Assembly (NCBI GenBank): GCA_009602725.1 | Contig: WELB01000032.1 | Location: forward strand, 618,641 to 664,946 | DNA length: 46,306 nucleotides | Direction: 5' to 3' | Source: Spirogloea muscicola | Taxonomy: Eukaryota | Shown here: in pieces, positions 11,031 to 23,000 of the stretch | How the letters are laid out: each line of letters begins with the position of its first letter | Numbering within the stretch: the stretch's first letter is position 1 | Made by a program: the position numbers and the translations under genes | Notes under the pieces: generated by a model | Told to the model about the DNA's origin: nothing | The model's database searches: none | Seen by the model: only the letters and a program-made list of their open reading frames with translations

Positions 11031-14000
11031 ATGGCCGCCCCGCCGCGCGTCTACGGTCCGCGCCACGGCCCCGCGTCGCCGCCGCGCGGCCCTCGCGCCC
11101 CGCGCTCAGCGCGCCTCTCGCCTCCGCCTCCTGAAGCCGCCCCGCGTCGTCCCATGGCTGCCCGCAGTGCGCGACGCCGACGGCGTCACTCTGCTCACCG
11201 CTCCGCCGGGCCCCGTGGCGCCGCTCCCGCCGCTCGCCAAGTCCGCCCGTCGTCCACTCCCCTAGCCGCGCAGCTCCCTCAGCTCCTCCCTCCGATGTCG
11301 TCGCCACCGTTTCCTAAACCCCAAGGCCCCAATGGCGCAGGGTGGCGTGCACGGCCGTGCATGTGAGCGAGAGCGGGAGCCTGCTGGCGGCGGTGCGAGC
11401 TTCGGGCGATGGCGGCGGCGCCGTGGCGCTGTACGACCCGCGACCGTCGCCGCCGAGGGCGCTGGCCGTGCTGCCGGCGCCCGGCGTGGCCGCCGTCGCG
11501 CTCTCGCCGCTCGGCTCCTTCGTGCAGACCTGGCAGCGCCCGACGTCGCCCGACGCCAAGAACCTCACGCTCTGGGACGCCGCGACGGGCCAGCCGCTGC
11601 TCCAGTTCTTCCAGAAGCTGCGCACCCCCGAGTCATGGCCGTCGTGGCAGTTCAGCGCCGACGAGCGCCAAGCCTGCCGTGTCGTCCGCAACGAGGTCCA
11701 CTTCTTCGACGGCGCCGACCTCGCCGGGGGCATCGTCGCGCGCCTGCGCCTGCCCAGCGTCGCCGCTGCGCAGCTCGCGCCCTCGCCGCCCTACCACGTC
11801 GCGGCCTACGTGCCGGAGCTCAAGGTCTGCCGGCCCCTCCCATCCGGCCCCACGGCCTTTATTGCTGCATTGCTGCTCATTCTAGCAGCCTCACCTACTT
11901 GACACCATCAGCGTGGTGAGTCAGCTAGCGTCTGATCGCTGTAGGCCATATGTAGACGTCACGTCCTAAGTACACGAGAGTAAATTAAATCATAGGGATC
12001 TATATTGTCTGTGAGGATTTAGGGGTTGAAGGTTTGGGGTTTTGCAACTGGGGTTTTGTCGTGGACACGCTTGAGGAGGGCGTGCGCACGTCTTCCCTCG
12101 ATCAGCTCCGTCCGGCCTCCTACCTTTCCTTAGCGCGGCCACCGTCTGCAGGGTGCTCCAGCCAGTGTCCGCGTTTACAAGCGCGACGCGGTCGAGGACG
12201 GGCAGCCGGTGGCCAGGCGGAGCTTCTTCAAGTCCAGCAGCGCCCGCTTCCTGTGGAACAAAGGCGGCACCGCCGTGCTGGTGCAGACGCACTCCGACGT
12301 GGACACCACCAACAAGAGCTACTACGGCGACTCGGCACTGCACTTCCTCGCCGCTGACGCCTCCTACGAAGGCGCCGTTCCCCTCAGTCAGCACTCCTCC
12401 CCTCCCCTTCTTCCTCTCCAGCAATTGCTAGTCACTGCGTCCCGGCCATCCTCTATGGTACCCATAAATGTTGACCGGTGTTGACTCTCTTATTCCTCTC
12501 CCCCCCGACCGCCCCATTCCCTTTGTGAGAAACGTGTGCTCAGACAAGGATGGCCCGATTCACGACGTGCAATGGTCGCCCCTCGGTGACTGCTTCGTGG
12601 TCGTCTATGGCTGTATCCTCCAATCAGAATACCGTCGTGTCATGGTCACGTGGGACCTGCCACTCATGCTTGCTGCGCATCTTCCTTTAGGTGCATTGCT
12701 TCACAAGCACGCTCAAATATGACTTCAGAAAGACGGGGAGTTGGAGATCGCATCTCACAATCTGGCTTGGAAAAGCAGACAGAGCTCAGTCTTAGTCAGG
12801 CATACCCTGCATGGTCATATCTATCCTACATGCACCCACTTGACCATCCCGTCCATGCACCAGTCATGCCGGCAAAGGCAGCCCTGTTCGACACCCGCTG
12901 CAGAATACTGTTCGAATTTGGAAGTGGACCACGCAACACTGTCTGCTGGAATCCACAGGGCCGTTGTAAGGCTGACACTGTCCGCTCCATGCAGAGCCCC
13001 TGATCAGCATGGACTGCATCTCTTCTTGCTCGCTTTGTCTGCAGATGCGGACAAGAGAAGACCCATCTAATTTGCATTCCTCTTGTAATCATGACTCTCC
13101 TCCGCTCCTTGTGTGATGTGCCTTCCCAAGCTTCACTACTTCCTGGTTGGCTTTGTGTGCAGTTATCTGCCTGGCTGGCTTTGGCAACCTTCCAGGAGAC
13201 CTGGTGAGAAGTCCGTGTCAAGGTGACCTAAGAACACATGTCGATGAATCATGGGGCTGCTTCAATCCTATGTTTCTTGTGAATATGACTGTTGACCTGA
13301 CTCGTACATTCAGGAGTTCTGGGAGAAGCACAAGCTCGTCCTGCTGGGCAAGAGTAAGTCTGCTTGTGCAGTGACGAGCACTTGGTCTCCTGACGGACAA
13401 TACTTCTTGACTGCCACAACTGCTCCTCGCCTCCAGATTGACAATGGGTATGCAGCAGCTAGATCGTAGGGTTTGCCTTACAGCCGCCATTCAGATTTTG
13501 TCTGTCTGCCTGCTAGTGTGAAGTGCATCACTTGCTCCTTGTGCACACCAACCTGCAGCCAAGAACCTGGCTTCAAGGGCTTATGGAAGTATCGCAGTGG
13601 TGTTGGATCCTCAGGATCAAGGTGTTCCGATATGATGGCTCCTTGCTCTATGAACAACCTTATGGCGTCCTTTACCAGGTCAGGAGGTCGTACTGCAGGC
13701 ACGCTCGGAGAGACCTAGTCATTGAATGCAAGCTGCAACTTCGCTAAGGTTGATGCTTTTCTGACACCTGCCCTCCTTGCAGGCGGACTGGCTGCCAGAG
13801 CCTCCTGGGACGCATCCGGACAGGCCTGCGTCACCTGTTGGAAGTGAAGCACCGGGGTCCACTTCCAGACCAGCACCAATCGCACCCCCAGGTCCTGAGT
13901 CGCTGGCCTATGTGCGCCTTGACAGGTTGAGCCTTGGGCAGGGGACTACCGCCGCCTGACACATGCTCCTTCACCTGTATAGCTGTGAAAGCGGCGGCAT

Positions 14001-14839
14001 ATCGGCCACCGATGGCTGGCATCGGCGCTGCGGACCTCCAGGCAATTGTGAGCTCTTCAGGCTTGCCTTGCGGCGCCTGTTGAGATTACTATGCATGAAC
14101 AGCCCTTGTTGGCTGCGGGCTGAAGTACGTACAATCTGTCTTGCACATGCAGCTCTTTGGGGATGCAAACGGCAGGTAACATCTCTACACATCCACGAAT
14201 CAGTTTTTGTGCTCACACTGCTTGCAGATTGACATGCTTGGTGTAAGCCTGACAATTGACATAGACTGCAGCTCGGCAGCAGAAGGTGCAAGTAGAAGTG
14301 CCCTGAAGAATAAGAAGAAAAGGGAAAAGGAGAAACTAAAGAAAGACGGGGCCAAGGACGAACATGTGGTAAGCGGCCACAGCGCTGCCGTCAGTGCAGC
14401 CTGGGTTGGCGCTGACATTGACTGATTGATGTCAAGCAGCATCAGAATGGGCTGAAGGTTTGTATTAATTGCAGGATCAGCTCAGCGAGCACATGAAAGA
14501 GCTTCCTGCACCTTCAATGAGCAGCAATGCTGACAGTGGTGCAAGCGAAGGACAAGCTTCAGGTACATTGAGAACCTACATCATGTACTGCTCACTGCAG
14601 ACCCTCATTTGATTGACATTGCATCTAAACCTGGGAGGCTGATATGCAATGCAGATGGTGAGACTGCCAAGCGGCTGAGGGCACTACAGAAGAAGCTGCG
14701 GCAGATAGAGGAGCTCAAACAAAAGGCGCTGGACGGTGCTGGCATAGATGCCCTGCCTCCTGCTCAGCGTGAGAAGGTGGCACAAGAGCCTCAACTGCGA
14801 CAAGAGCTTGCTTCAGTTGAAGCATTACTAAGAAGCTGA
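11031..14839 (+). CDS. EIF2A: Eukaryotic translation initiation factor 2A
   Basis: Exons 11031-11055, 11168-11240, 11341-11824 and onward give MAAPPRVYVR..KVACTAVHVSESG..LSPLGSFVQTW..WPSWQFSADE..ARRSFF..DVDTTNKSYYG..GPIHDVQWSP..VVYGFMPAKAALFD..GPRNT..AGFGNLPGD..TATTAPRLQIDNG..AYRPP..SALKNKKKRE..KRLRALQKKLRQIEELK. Confidence 0.95.
12613..12863 (+). other. Probable U12-type (minor spliceosome) GT-AG intron in eIF2A
   Basis: The donor is GTATCCTC. A branch-like CCACTTGAC lies about 20 nt before the AG, with no strong polypyrimidine tract. Splicing restores the conserved VVYG-F-MPAK. Confidence 0.65.
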
Positions 14840-14975
14840 ATCAATTGCAGCCTGGTAGCTTGCCCATGTCACTCGGAAGGCGGTCAGATGCATCAACAAT
14901 GTTTTGCGGAGCATTTGTCACAAGTGTGTGCGCTGTGCAATCGCAGATGGCATGGCTGACACACCTGTATGCCTT

Positions 14976-17186
14976 CTAGGCTTCTAAAGTGCCATGTGAA
15001 AGATGTGGGTCACTGTGGTCAGAGGATTGTTGTCCTAAACGAGGGGGCTTCTCAACCCGCCAATACGCAGCCAGCAGGGAGCCCATGACAGAGTGCGTGA
15101 CACTAGATATTGCACACGGAACTGCCACCAACGGGCTGTCTGCAAAGTGCTGTGCAGCCAGCACGACTCCCAACACTGAATTCTGCAAAATTTCACCAGA
15201 GCAACGTACATCATCAGTCCCGAAGACTGGCTTCTGCCAGTCAAAGTCATGGTCAGTGCCAGGCAAAGGGCTCATTCTATCCAGACGTATGAATTTACCT
15301 GCATGCCAACCTCGATTGAGATGGTCCGACTGGTATATGGTGAAAAGCCTAGAAGTGACGAAGCAATATAGCCACCAAGGAAGCCCCCAAGATGCAGCAA
15401 AGCCACCGCCCCTGCCACAGCTTTTCCGGAGGCCAGGATTGCAGCCCGGTTGCTGGCCACCGCACTACCGCACACTAGCGCCACTACCAGCACAGCTGCC
15501 AGCGGTGCTACTGGAGCCACTGCGGACGTTGTCTTGGGCAGGAATCGCCCGAGGGCACTTCCCATGACCACAGGGAGAAGCACGACCTGGGAACAGCCAC
15601 GTTCCAGCAGCAATTAAGCATTGAACGAATAATTGAGGCCAGAGCAGCAAATGGGCCCACATCAGACCGAGAAGCACGTACCTGCAGCGTGGACAGGAAA
15701 AGTGCACGACCATCAACTGGCACTAGATGACCAGCCAACTGTTTGGTCAGCAGAGGCGTCATGACCTGCACTCAATATCAGGAAATACAGTGTATTCAGC
15801 TTCACTGTCACTTCGTTTGCTGAAGTACGGGAGCAGAGTGTAGCTTTCCTGAGTCAACATCAGGCATTTTATGTAAGCTGACCTGCTCTCATTGCATCCT
15901 GACAATGAAACTTGACTAGAAGCACATTGAAGGCATCGAGGGACTCGCATCCGCTGTCTCCCACATATGCAGGAGGACATTGTCTTCCGACGAAGGCAAC
16001 AGTCCATACCACTGCTAGTGTGGTGCTACAGGCTGTCATGAGCACTGAGAGTGCCACATTTCCTCTGTGACACGCAAATAACCAGAAGAGCTCCCAATGA
16101 GCGCCCTTGTCATTCCTTTTAAGTCCTTGACAACTGGATTTGCCGCCAGGCAAAGTTGTCCGGGAGCCTCATGCTTGCCATAACGCAGCCCTGTCACAGA
16201 CCTTGCCAAGAAGGTGACGATGTTGCTGGCTGTGCCTGCAGATAAGAATCAACCCATACTGAGGAGGCGCTTCATGAAGCTGCACGGCACTCCAGAAGAA
16301 GCTGTATATAGCAAAATTTCAGGTTTCCACGAGATCGTGAATGTAGGGCTTAGCAACAGGAGAAGCGGATGGGATAGCCGAGAAAGCGACCTCCTGGACA
16401 GCAGGCCACTAGGATGATGCCCAGCGCAAAGGGCCGGGGTAAGCTGAAGCTGGACGCAACCAGCGCCCCAACTGCCGGCATGACCTGTCAGGCTCAACAA
16501 GAGCTGAACCGCCGAAGCTCGTCATTCTGGTGAGCAGAACTCGCGGAGTCGAAGCACAGTAGCAGAGACGCCCGGTGCAACAAGGTGAGCACTCAACGAG
16601 CTTCCCAATGCTATCTCAGTGCGAATGCTGCCAAGTAGGCCCCAGCTGAGCACGAGTGGCCTGTGGGGCAGCAGCAGTCCAGAGCGGCACCCACCGTGTA
16701 CTGCAGCACGACACCGGCGACGATCTCCCGGCGCATCGCAGCGGCGGCCTTGAGGTCCTCCGGGGTCAGCGTGGTGCCCATGCCTGGCAGCCGCAGCAGC
16801 TGCTGGTAGAGGTCAGCAGCCATGGCTGCCGGTGTGCGTCCGTGAAGGGCCGAGGCGCGACGGCGCACGGTGATGGCCAGCATGGCTGACCGAGCATGGT
16901 GAAGGCCAGGCCGGCGACGAGGAGGCGGTCGCGAATCCAGGCGAAGAGGGCGGGGCGGGCGAGGGCGGCCGCGCAGGCGAGCGCCAGCCAGAGCGGGAAG
17001 AGGCTGGCCAGCCGCGCCAGCAGCAGCCCCGCGGCGCCGGCCTCTGGCGTTTCGCCGGGCCGCTCGGTNAGCACCCCTCGGAAGGCCAGTCCCGCCAGTG
17101 ACACTGCGGCGCCCCGATCCCTTGGCCAACTGCGGCGGCCGCGGCGGCGGCGGCGGCGGCGGCGGCGGAGGCGCCCCCGCCGCCAT
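14976..17186 (-). CDS. BASS1: Bile acid:sodium symporter family, BASS1-like plastid Na+/metabolite cotransporter
   Basis: [24 protein letters not shown] / [38 protein letters not shown] / [12 protein letters not shown] / [16 protein letters not shown] / [36 protein letters not shown]. The 5' end crosses the N at 17069, so the start at 17186 is tentative. Confidence 0.9.
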
Positions 17187-20053
17187 GAGCACGGCCAGCT
17201 GCAACTTACTCCGACTCAACGGCTGCTGCCTTGAAGGGCTTGCTGAGCTCCCCTTCCGCACTTACTGTCGGCAGCCGCAGTCTCCCATTTCGCTGTGGTC
17301 TCATGTCCCTCCCAATGGGGGCAAGGGCTGTGAGAAGAGAAATGCGGCTGCTGATATTGAAAGAGCGGCTGTGAAAGCCGGCCAGGTGCATACAGGTGTT
17401 CTTGACGGAGCCACAAGCTAGGCAGACAGGGCGCTCTCAGTACCCCCGGGTCAGCAGTAGGATGTCAGATGAGCTGAGGGGAGGAAGAGCAACCCCGCTC
17501 CGCAAGCCAGAGGCTGCTGCAAGGGCGCGACCGGCGCGGGGGTGCAAAGCAAGCGCTTGGGAGCGCTGGAGGGACATCGACCTATCGCATGCGGTAGCAG
17601 GACACAAGACCCAAAGGCACCGAGCCTCCAGGAAGTGGTGCACCCTGTTCGCGGCGCCGCTGGTCAGCTTCAGATGCCAGAGGGCTGTGCTCTTGCATGG
17701 CTGTGTGGCTTTGGCGACGTTCGGCCCTTTGGACCTTGTCCATACTTTCTGGCTGGTTAGTCACACAGGAGCTAGAACTGCCTGGCCCCTCAAGGTGAAG
17801 CGGTCGGAGATTGCAGAGGCCACTTGGGCCCAACACCCCAGGTGTGCGGCCGTGGAGGGCATGTTGGTTGCGGGCGTCCGCAGCGGTGTAGATGGCGTCC
17901 AGTGCAGAGGTGGGGGCTACGGTCCTGAGAAGGTAGGTAGGACAGTGGGCCACAAATCAGTGAGGAATGCAACAGCCAGCTGCGAGTCCTGTAAGGTGGG
18001 AAGGGCCAGGAGGGCCGCTACCCCTGGCCAGCAGTTTGATGTTGGCAGCAGCCATTCGAGCCCCTATTCAAGACCAGCAGCAGCAGGAGCGCTGGTGGCG
18101 CCCGTGTGCAAAGCGTGAAAGGCCATAATCTACTCATCTAACAAGACCACCAAGGGCATGCAGTAGACGAGCGCAAGGGAGCTCAACACAGGGAAGGAGA
18201 TGTGCTCGCCAGGGAGATCACAGTGGCGCGCTTTGGCACATCGGACAAAGATATGCAGCGACCACTGCTCTGCAAGTGCCCCACGGACGTCAATCACACA
18301 TAGAGCCTGTCGGCCAAAAGTTGGTCATGGTCTTGTCTGCATATCAGTGTGTTGCAGCCTGCCACAACGTGCCATGCAACACGCACCACACGCTAGAGTT
18401 CGATCCGTCCAGGCTGTCTTGTACGTATGTCTGCAAGTATTCGAAATTTGTCATGCGATGACCTCTCCACAAATCAACCAGGCGCGCAGTGGTGCTGCCA
18501 CCAGGCTCAACCATGATGGGCACGACATTTGCACAATCCATGGCCCACCTGGTACCTGTCCTCCTGGAGCAGCCAATGGGTAGGACGCACAGCAGGTTTG
18601 TAAATGGACATTACTTTACGCAGTGCCTGCAGTAAATATGAGCAGCCAGCAACACATGGAAGTGCCATGCGCACCTGGCAATCGCACTTGGTTTGCTATT
18701 CGGACATGGTGGGAGAGGACTAAGGAGGGACTGGGTGGCCGTGCAGCAGAAGGCAGAGGGCCTCTGTCTACGGTTAAACCCAAGCAATCATGCAACGCCC
18801 TCAGCGAGGATGCACAAAGCAGGTCAGCACAGTCCCAAGTAGGGGCTGTGGAAGCAAGCCAAGATGCTGAACACATCAGAGTATACACTGCCTCGAAGCT
18901 ACACTCCAGTATGACTGCGAGCACGGAGCAGCCGCCCAATACAGATTTCCAGATAGCTTGTGGAGTAGTTCAAACAAGTGGGCTGGAAATGGCCAGCCCG
19001 CTCAGGAATTGCATTGAAGGCAACAAGATGCCAGAAAGGACAAGGAGACCTACACAGTCACTTGCAAGTCCTAATCGCCCAATACATGCCAGCCTGCAAT
19101 ATCTGGTGTGTGAAGAATCTTGTGTCTGTATCCGTGCCTCTTCCCCAGCTTCAAAGCCGCTCTTCATGTCAGGGTCACCAAGAATTTCCACACTCGGCTG
19201 GCCTCAAGATGTTCTTGGCTAGATAGCACAATCTGCTCATTCTCCACCTCTGCTCATTTTCTCAACAGCATACCCCCTTGCCTATTGCCGATCTTCCAGC
19301 CCAGATACTTTGGGAAGCCGCCATCAACCACCCCAAAGATTTTTCCTTCCCCTTCCTGTGCTACCTATCTAGTACGTCCTCCATAATCCACAGTGTACGC
19401 CTGATATACCAGAGCTGAGGTCGAGTCAAGAGGGCTCAGAGCAAAGCGACTGCTTACCAAAGAGGAGCCAAGAGCGCTGGAAGCTTGAGTAGGGAGGCTG
19501 AAGAAGGTGAAGGCTCCTGCTCTGCTGCCCTTCTTTGAGTCGATGCCCCTGCATGTACCTTCTTGTGCTAAGAATGCCTCTTTCACTCTCATAGGCATCT
19601 TCCACCAAGTACGATAGGGCAAGAGGAGTGCCTCACTCTGTCTCAATGGCCTCGTGCCGTAGGGGCCCCACTTCACGCGTACAGCAGGGCAGCCAGGAGA
19701 AAGAGTTTGCCTCCTTCGAACTAGCAAAAGTGCAGCACGCGCGAGAAGTAGCTGAGGAAGTCAGCCACTCTGGTAAGCTCCAGCACCCTGCATTGTAGAG
19801 CTAGCTCATGTTGCTTGCACATAGCATTGCTGCAGTAGAGAGTGGACAACAAATTTCTGAATCTTCCCAATCTCAAGCAGGCAGCAAGAGTGCGTGAAGT
19901 CAACAGTACTTACACCGTCTCCTGCTTGACTAGCAAGTGCATGGGGAGCACAGTACCTGACAAGCCCCATAGCCACTCCATGTCTTTGTTTCTGGTCAAA
20001 GAAAGCGGGATGGCAATGTGCAACAAGTGGTGCGTAACAATAAGGGGGCTTCT

Positions 20054-23000
20054 TCAGCCAGGCTCACTTCTGAAGTCCTGCCCAGATATTGGGCAAACAT
20101 GCGGACCGGTCTGACGAAGGCACTGCACGTCACAGCAGGACCATAAAAATGTTCAGAGGATGCTAAAAGTTCAGCGTATACTGTGATGCAGCTGGCACTT
20201 TGCTGATACAGGGGAGGTTAGCCTTTGGCAACAGGGGCCATGGGCTCTGAGTGGAGGTGCCAAAGTGGTTCGTCTTAACATGTACTTCTACAATCTCTTT
20301 GCTGCAACAGAATTCTACTAGTCCAGCAGACAAGAATCTTTCTTGATATGTTGGTTGCATGCCTGACAATGGCAAACGGACACAGACAACACTAATGATT
20401 GGCTTGTGCAAGATGGCTTACTGGATAGCAGACAAGTACATCATTGGGATACGCAGCAAAGAGCTTGGTGCCAATGCGGGCATGGCACACCCAGCAGCCG
20501 CGCTCGTCATTCACAAGGACACTGCGAGCCTCTGCCTTCACTGCTGCCACCCGAGCGCAAAGGTTCAATCCTCTTGCGAGCTGCCGCTCAATCTACAGGA
20601 AGCAAGCCACCTTCGCCAGCATGAGCTTCTAGACTGTACATCATCTGCAGACAGCAGCACGGTTAGAAAGAATGATATTCAATAGAGCGAAACATTACCT
20701 GGCCCTGACGGTGGCGATGCACGCGCTCGCAGAGAACGTGAGCAAGCAAGTCCACACAAGACCTCAGGTCCAACGAGTCATGAAGCTCCTGCATAGATGT
20801 TTGGCCTAAAGTAAGAGCAATTTCAAGAACCAGGAAGCATCAGCTTGCATAGGGCAAAATGAAGAGGCCAGAGTATATGCTATACGAACAATTCAGGTCA
20901 GCTTATCTCACCTGGAGGATGAGGAGGGGATCTAAAGACGCAGAATGGCAGTGCAGCAGCTGCACTGCTGGTCCTAATAAAGGCGTTTGTCCTTCACCAG
21001 GGCGGAGATACATATCTAGCAACCTTGAGCAGCAACATTCACAAACTTGAACCGCATCAGCAGCCTGGTACAATAGGTTGCTCGCATCTGTAGCCTCTGT
21101 GAAGAACATCAAGCTTGGGCGCAAATGCACTCACTCCACAAAGAGGGCAGGACTCTTAAGTGATGTACAGTACTGCTCGGCGGTCTTATAGGCATGCAGT
21201 TTCCTGCCACCCAAAGACGTTGCAGATATATCAGCTGCTAGCTCCTTCACAGGTGAGCAGTCAGCTACTTTGCATACCAGAGTCAGGTCAGCACGGTGCC
21301 CACTTACAGTGCTAGAACGCGAAGAGCGGCTGAGTGTTTGCCCAATTTCTCCAGCAAGATGACCTGCATGTAAGAAAGCCACCATGGCAACAGAGAGGAG
21401 AGAGGCACTTCAGGGCATTATCCTACACAAGTGCCTCCTCAATGTCCACTATGCAGCATACAAAGCACATGCGCACCTGCTCTTCCCAGAGGTCAGAGGT
21501 TTGTATGTGCTGAAGGATAACATTAGGGTCATAAAGCTCCGACGTCCGCAGAAATTGGTCCAAAGTCAGCAACTCGCGCCAATCGCTCCTTCCTGTTAAA
21601 TCTGGCTCACTTTGCTCATTTGACTCTCGTCCAACTGATGCATGTTGCAGCTGCTGCTGCTGAGTGGGAGCTTTGGCCAGATCAGCAAGTGCCAATGCCA
21701 ATTCTGTATGAAGAGAATCATCCTGGGAAGCACAATCGAGTACTGCCCATGTCAAGTACCTGACAACATGGAGGATGCGAATGTTCTCTTAAGGAGAGAA
21801 CTACCAGCTATTGCACACAGATGTAGTCTTCCAAAGGTGAAAGAAATACCAAGAACACGGCAGTACAAGTGCAAGACTATTCTAAGGATCTCAATAGCAA
21901 CTACGTGCAAGAAGCAGACTGCAACTCCATGAAGGGGCGTAGGTGGATGCAAGAACCTGCATTTGACAATCAAGTGGTTGCCTCCAAGTAGAGAGAGCAC
22001 CCGTCCTGCAGGATGTAACACAAGAAAGTGTCAACTGAATCTGATTGGGTGGCAATCTGAATTTCTCATCCTGCAATCAGCGAGTAGGCACTTGTAAATC
22101 CAAAGCATCTTGTGATGCTGCCCTCTGCATTTCAAAGCGGAGCACAGCATAATGCCAGAAGCAGTCAGTACTGACTTGGAGGTATGACTTTCTCGCTGTC
22201 AGAAGAAGTGAGCACAGACAATGCCTGCATACTGTCAACCTCCATAAGCTGCCAACAAAACAACAAGAGAAGTACAAATCACGAACCAATAATGCCAATG
22301 CCTAGATCATCACATACACAGCCACCACCGGGTCAGGCAGCTCTCATTCATCTATCTAAGGATGCTTCCCGACAATAGATGTGGGCATGGCAACAAGCCT
22401 CACCCATTTCAGGTGGTCGAGCACAAGATCCGTGTTTGACAATCTGCGCAGCACGCGGGCCGCATCGCGCGCCGAACAACTTAAAGAGGGGCCATCTGCA
22501 CCTTCAGCGTCCTTGCCACGGAACAAGGCAGCCCAGACCTCCAGAGCTCGTTCCAAGTTCCCCGAGGACTCCAGCAGCAAAGCCAGTGTCCTGACGTGCC
22601 CACGGGCTAGCAGATCATCTTCTACCTCTACCTGCATGAGTCCAAAGCTATGTGTGAGTGAAAGTGAGGCCAAACCGTTGTGCTCCCAGCCTGGAATAGC
22701 ATCTTCACAGGCGACAAGCAACTCCACAGCTATGACTTTACCAATTGACAGGCATTTGTTGATGAAGCCAGCCTTTCCAGCTCCTGAGTAGCATTCATCT
22801 CAAGGTAGAGATGGAAAAGCAGGGTGTCCACACCCTCTTGTATCTCCACAGCTAAGGACCTTGTCCGCACGGTGGCAAAGTACCTGTTCAGGTATCACTG
22901 GTGGTTATCTGGAGATGATGTTACCAATGACTACGAATCAGAAAGAAGAGTCTCCCTTGTTAAATCATCAAAGCTCTCCGTTCTCAAGAATGTCAACTAC

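Noticed and set aside
10580..11032. DP reading frame stays open upstream to an ATG at 11032 that overlaps the eIF2A ATG in a CCATGG palindrome
   Set aside because: Open frames are expected at this GC content, the translation shows no clear DP similarity, and it would leave no promoter space. It is not fully excluded without 5' RACE.
11332..11919. ORF-track 195-aa ORF as the eIF2A start
   Set aside because: Wrong frame. The ATG lies in an intron, and two upstream exons from 11031 restore the conserved N-terminus.
12016..12058. Telomere-like TTTAGGGG/GGTTTGGGGTTTT stretch in an eIF2A intron
   Set aside because: Too degenerate and non-tandem to call an interstitial telomeric repeat.
18420..18480. 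WRGHRMTNFEYLQ resembling the start of a BEACH domain
   Set aside because: The expected continuation (LN..AGRS.ND..QYPVFPW) is absent.
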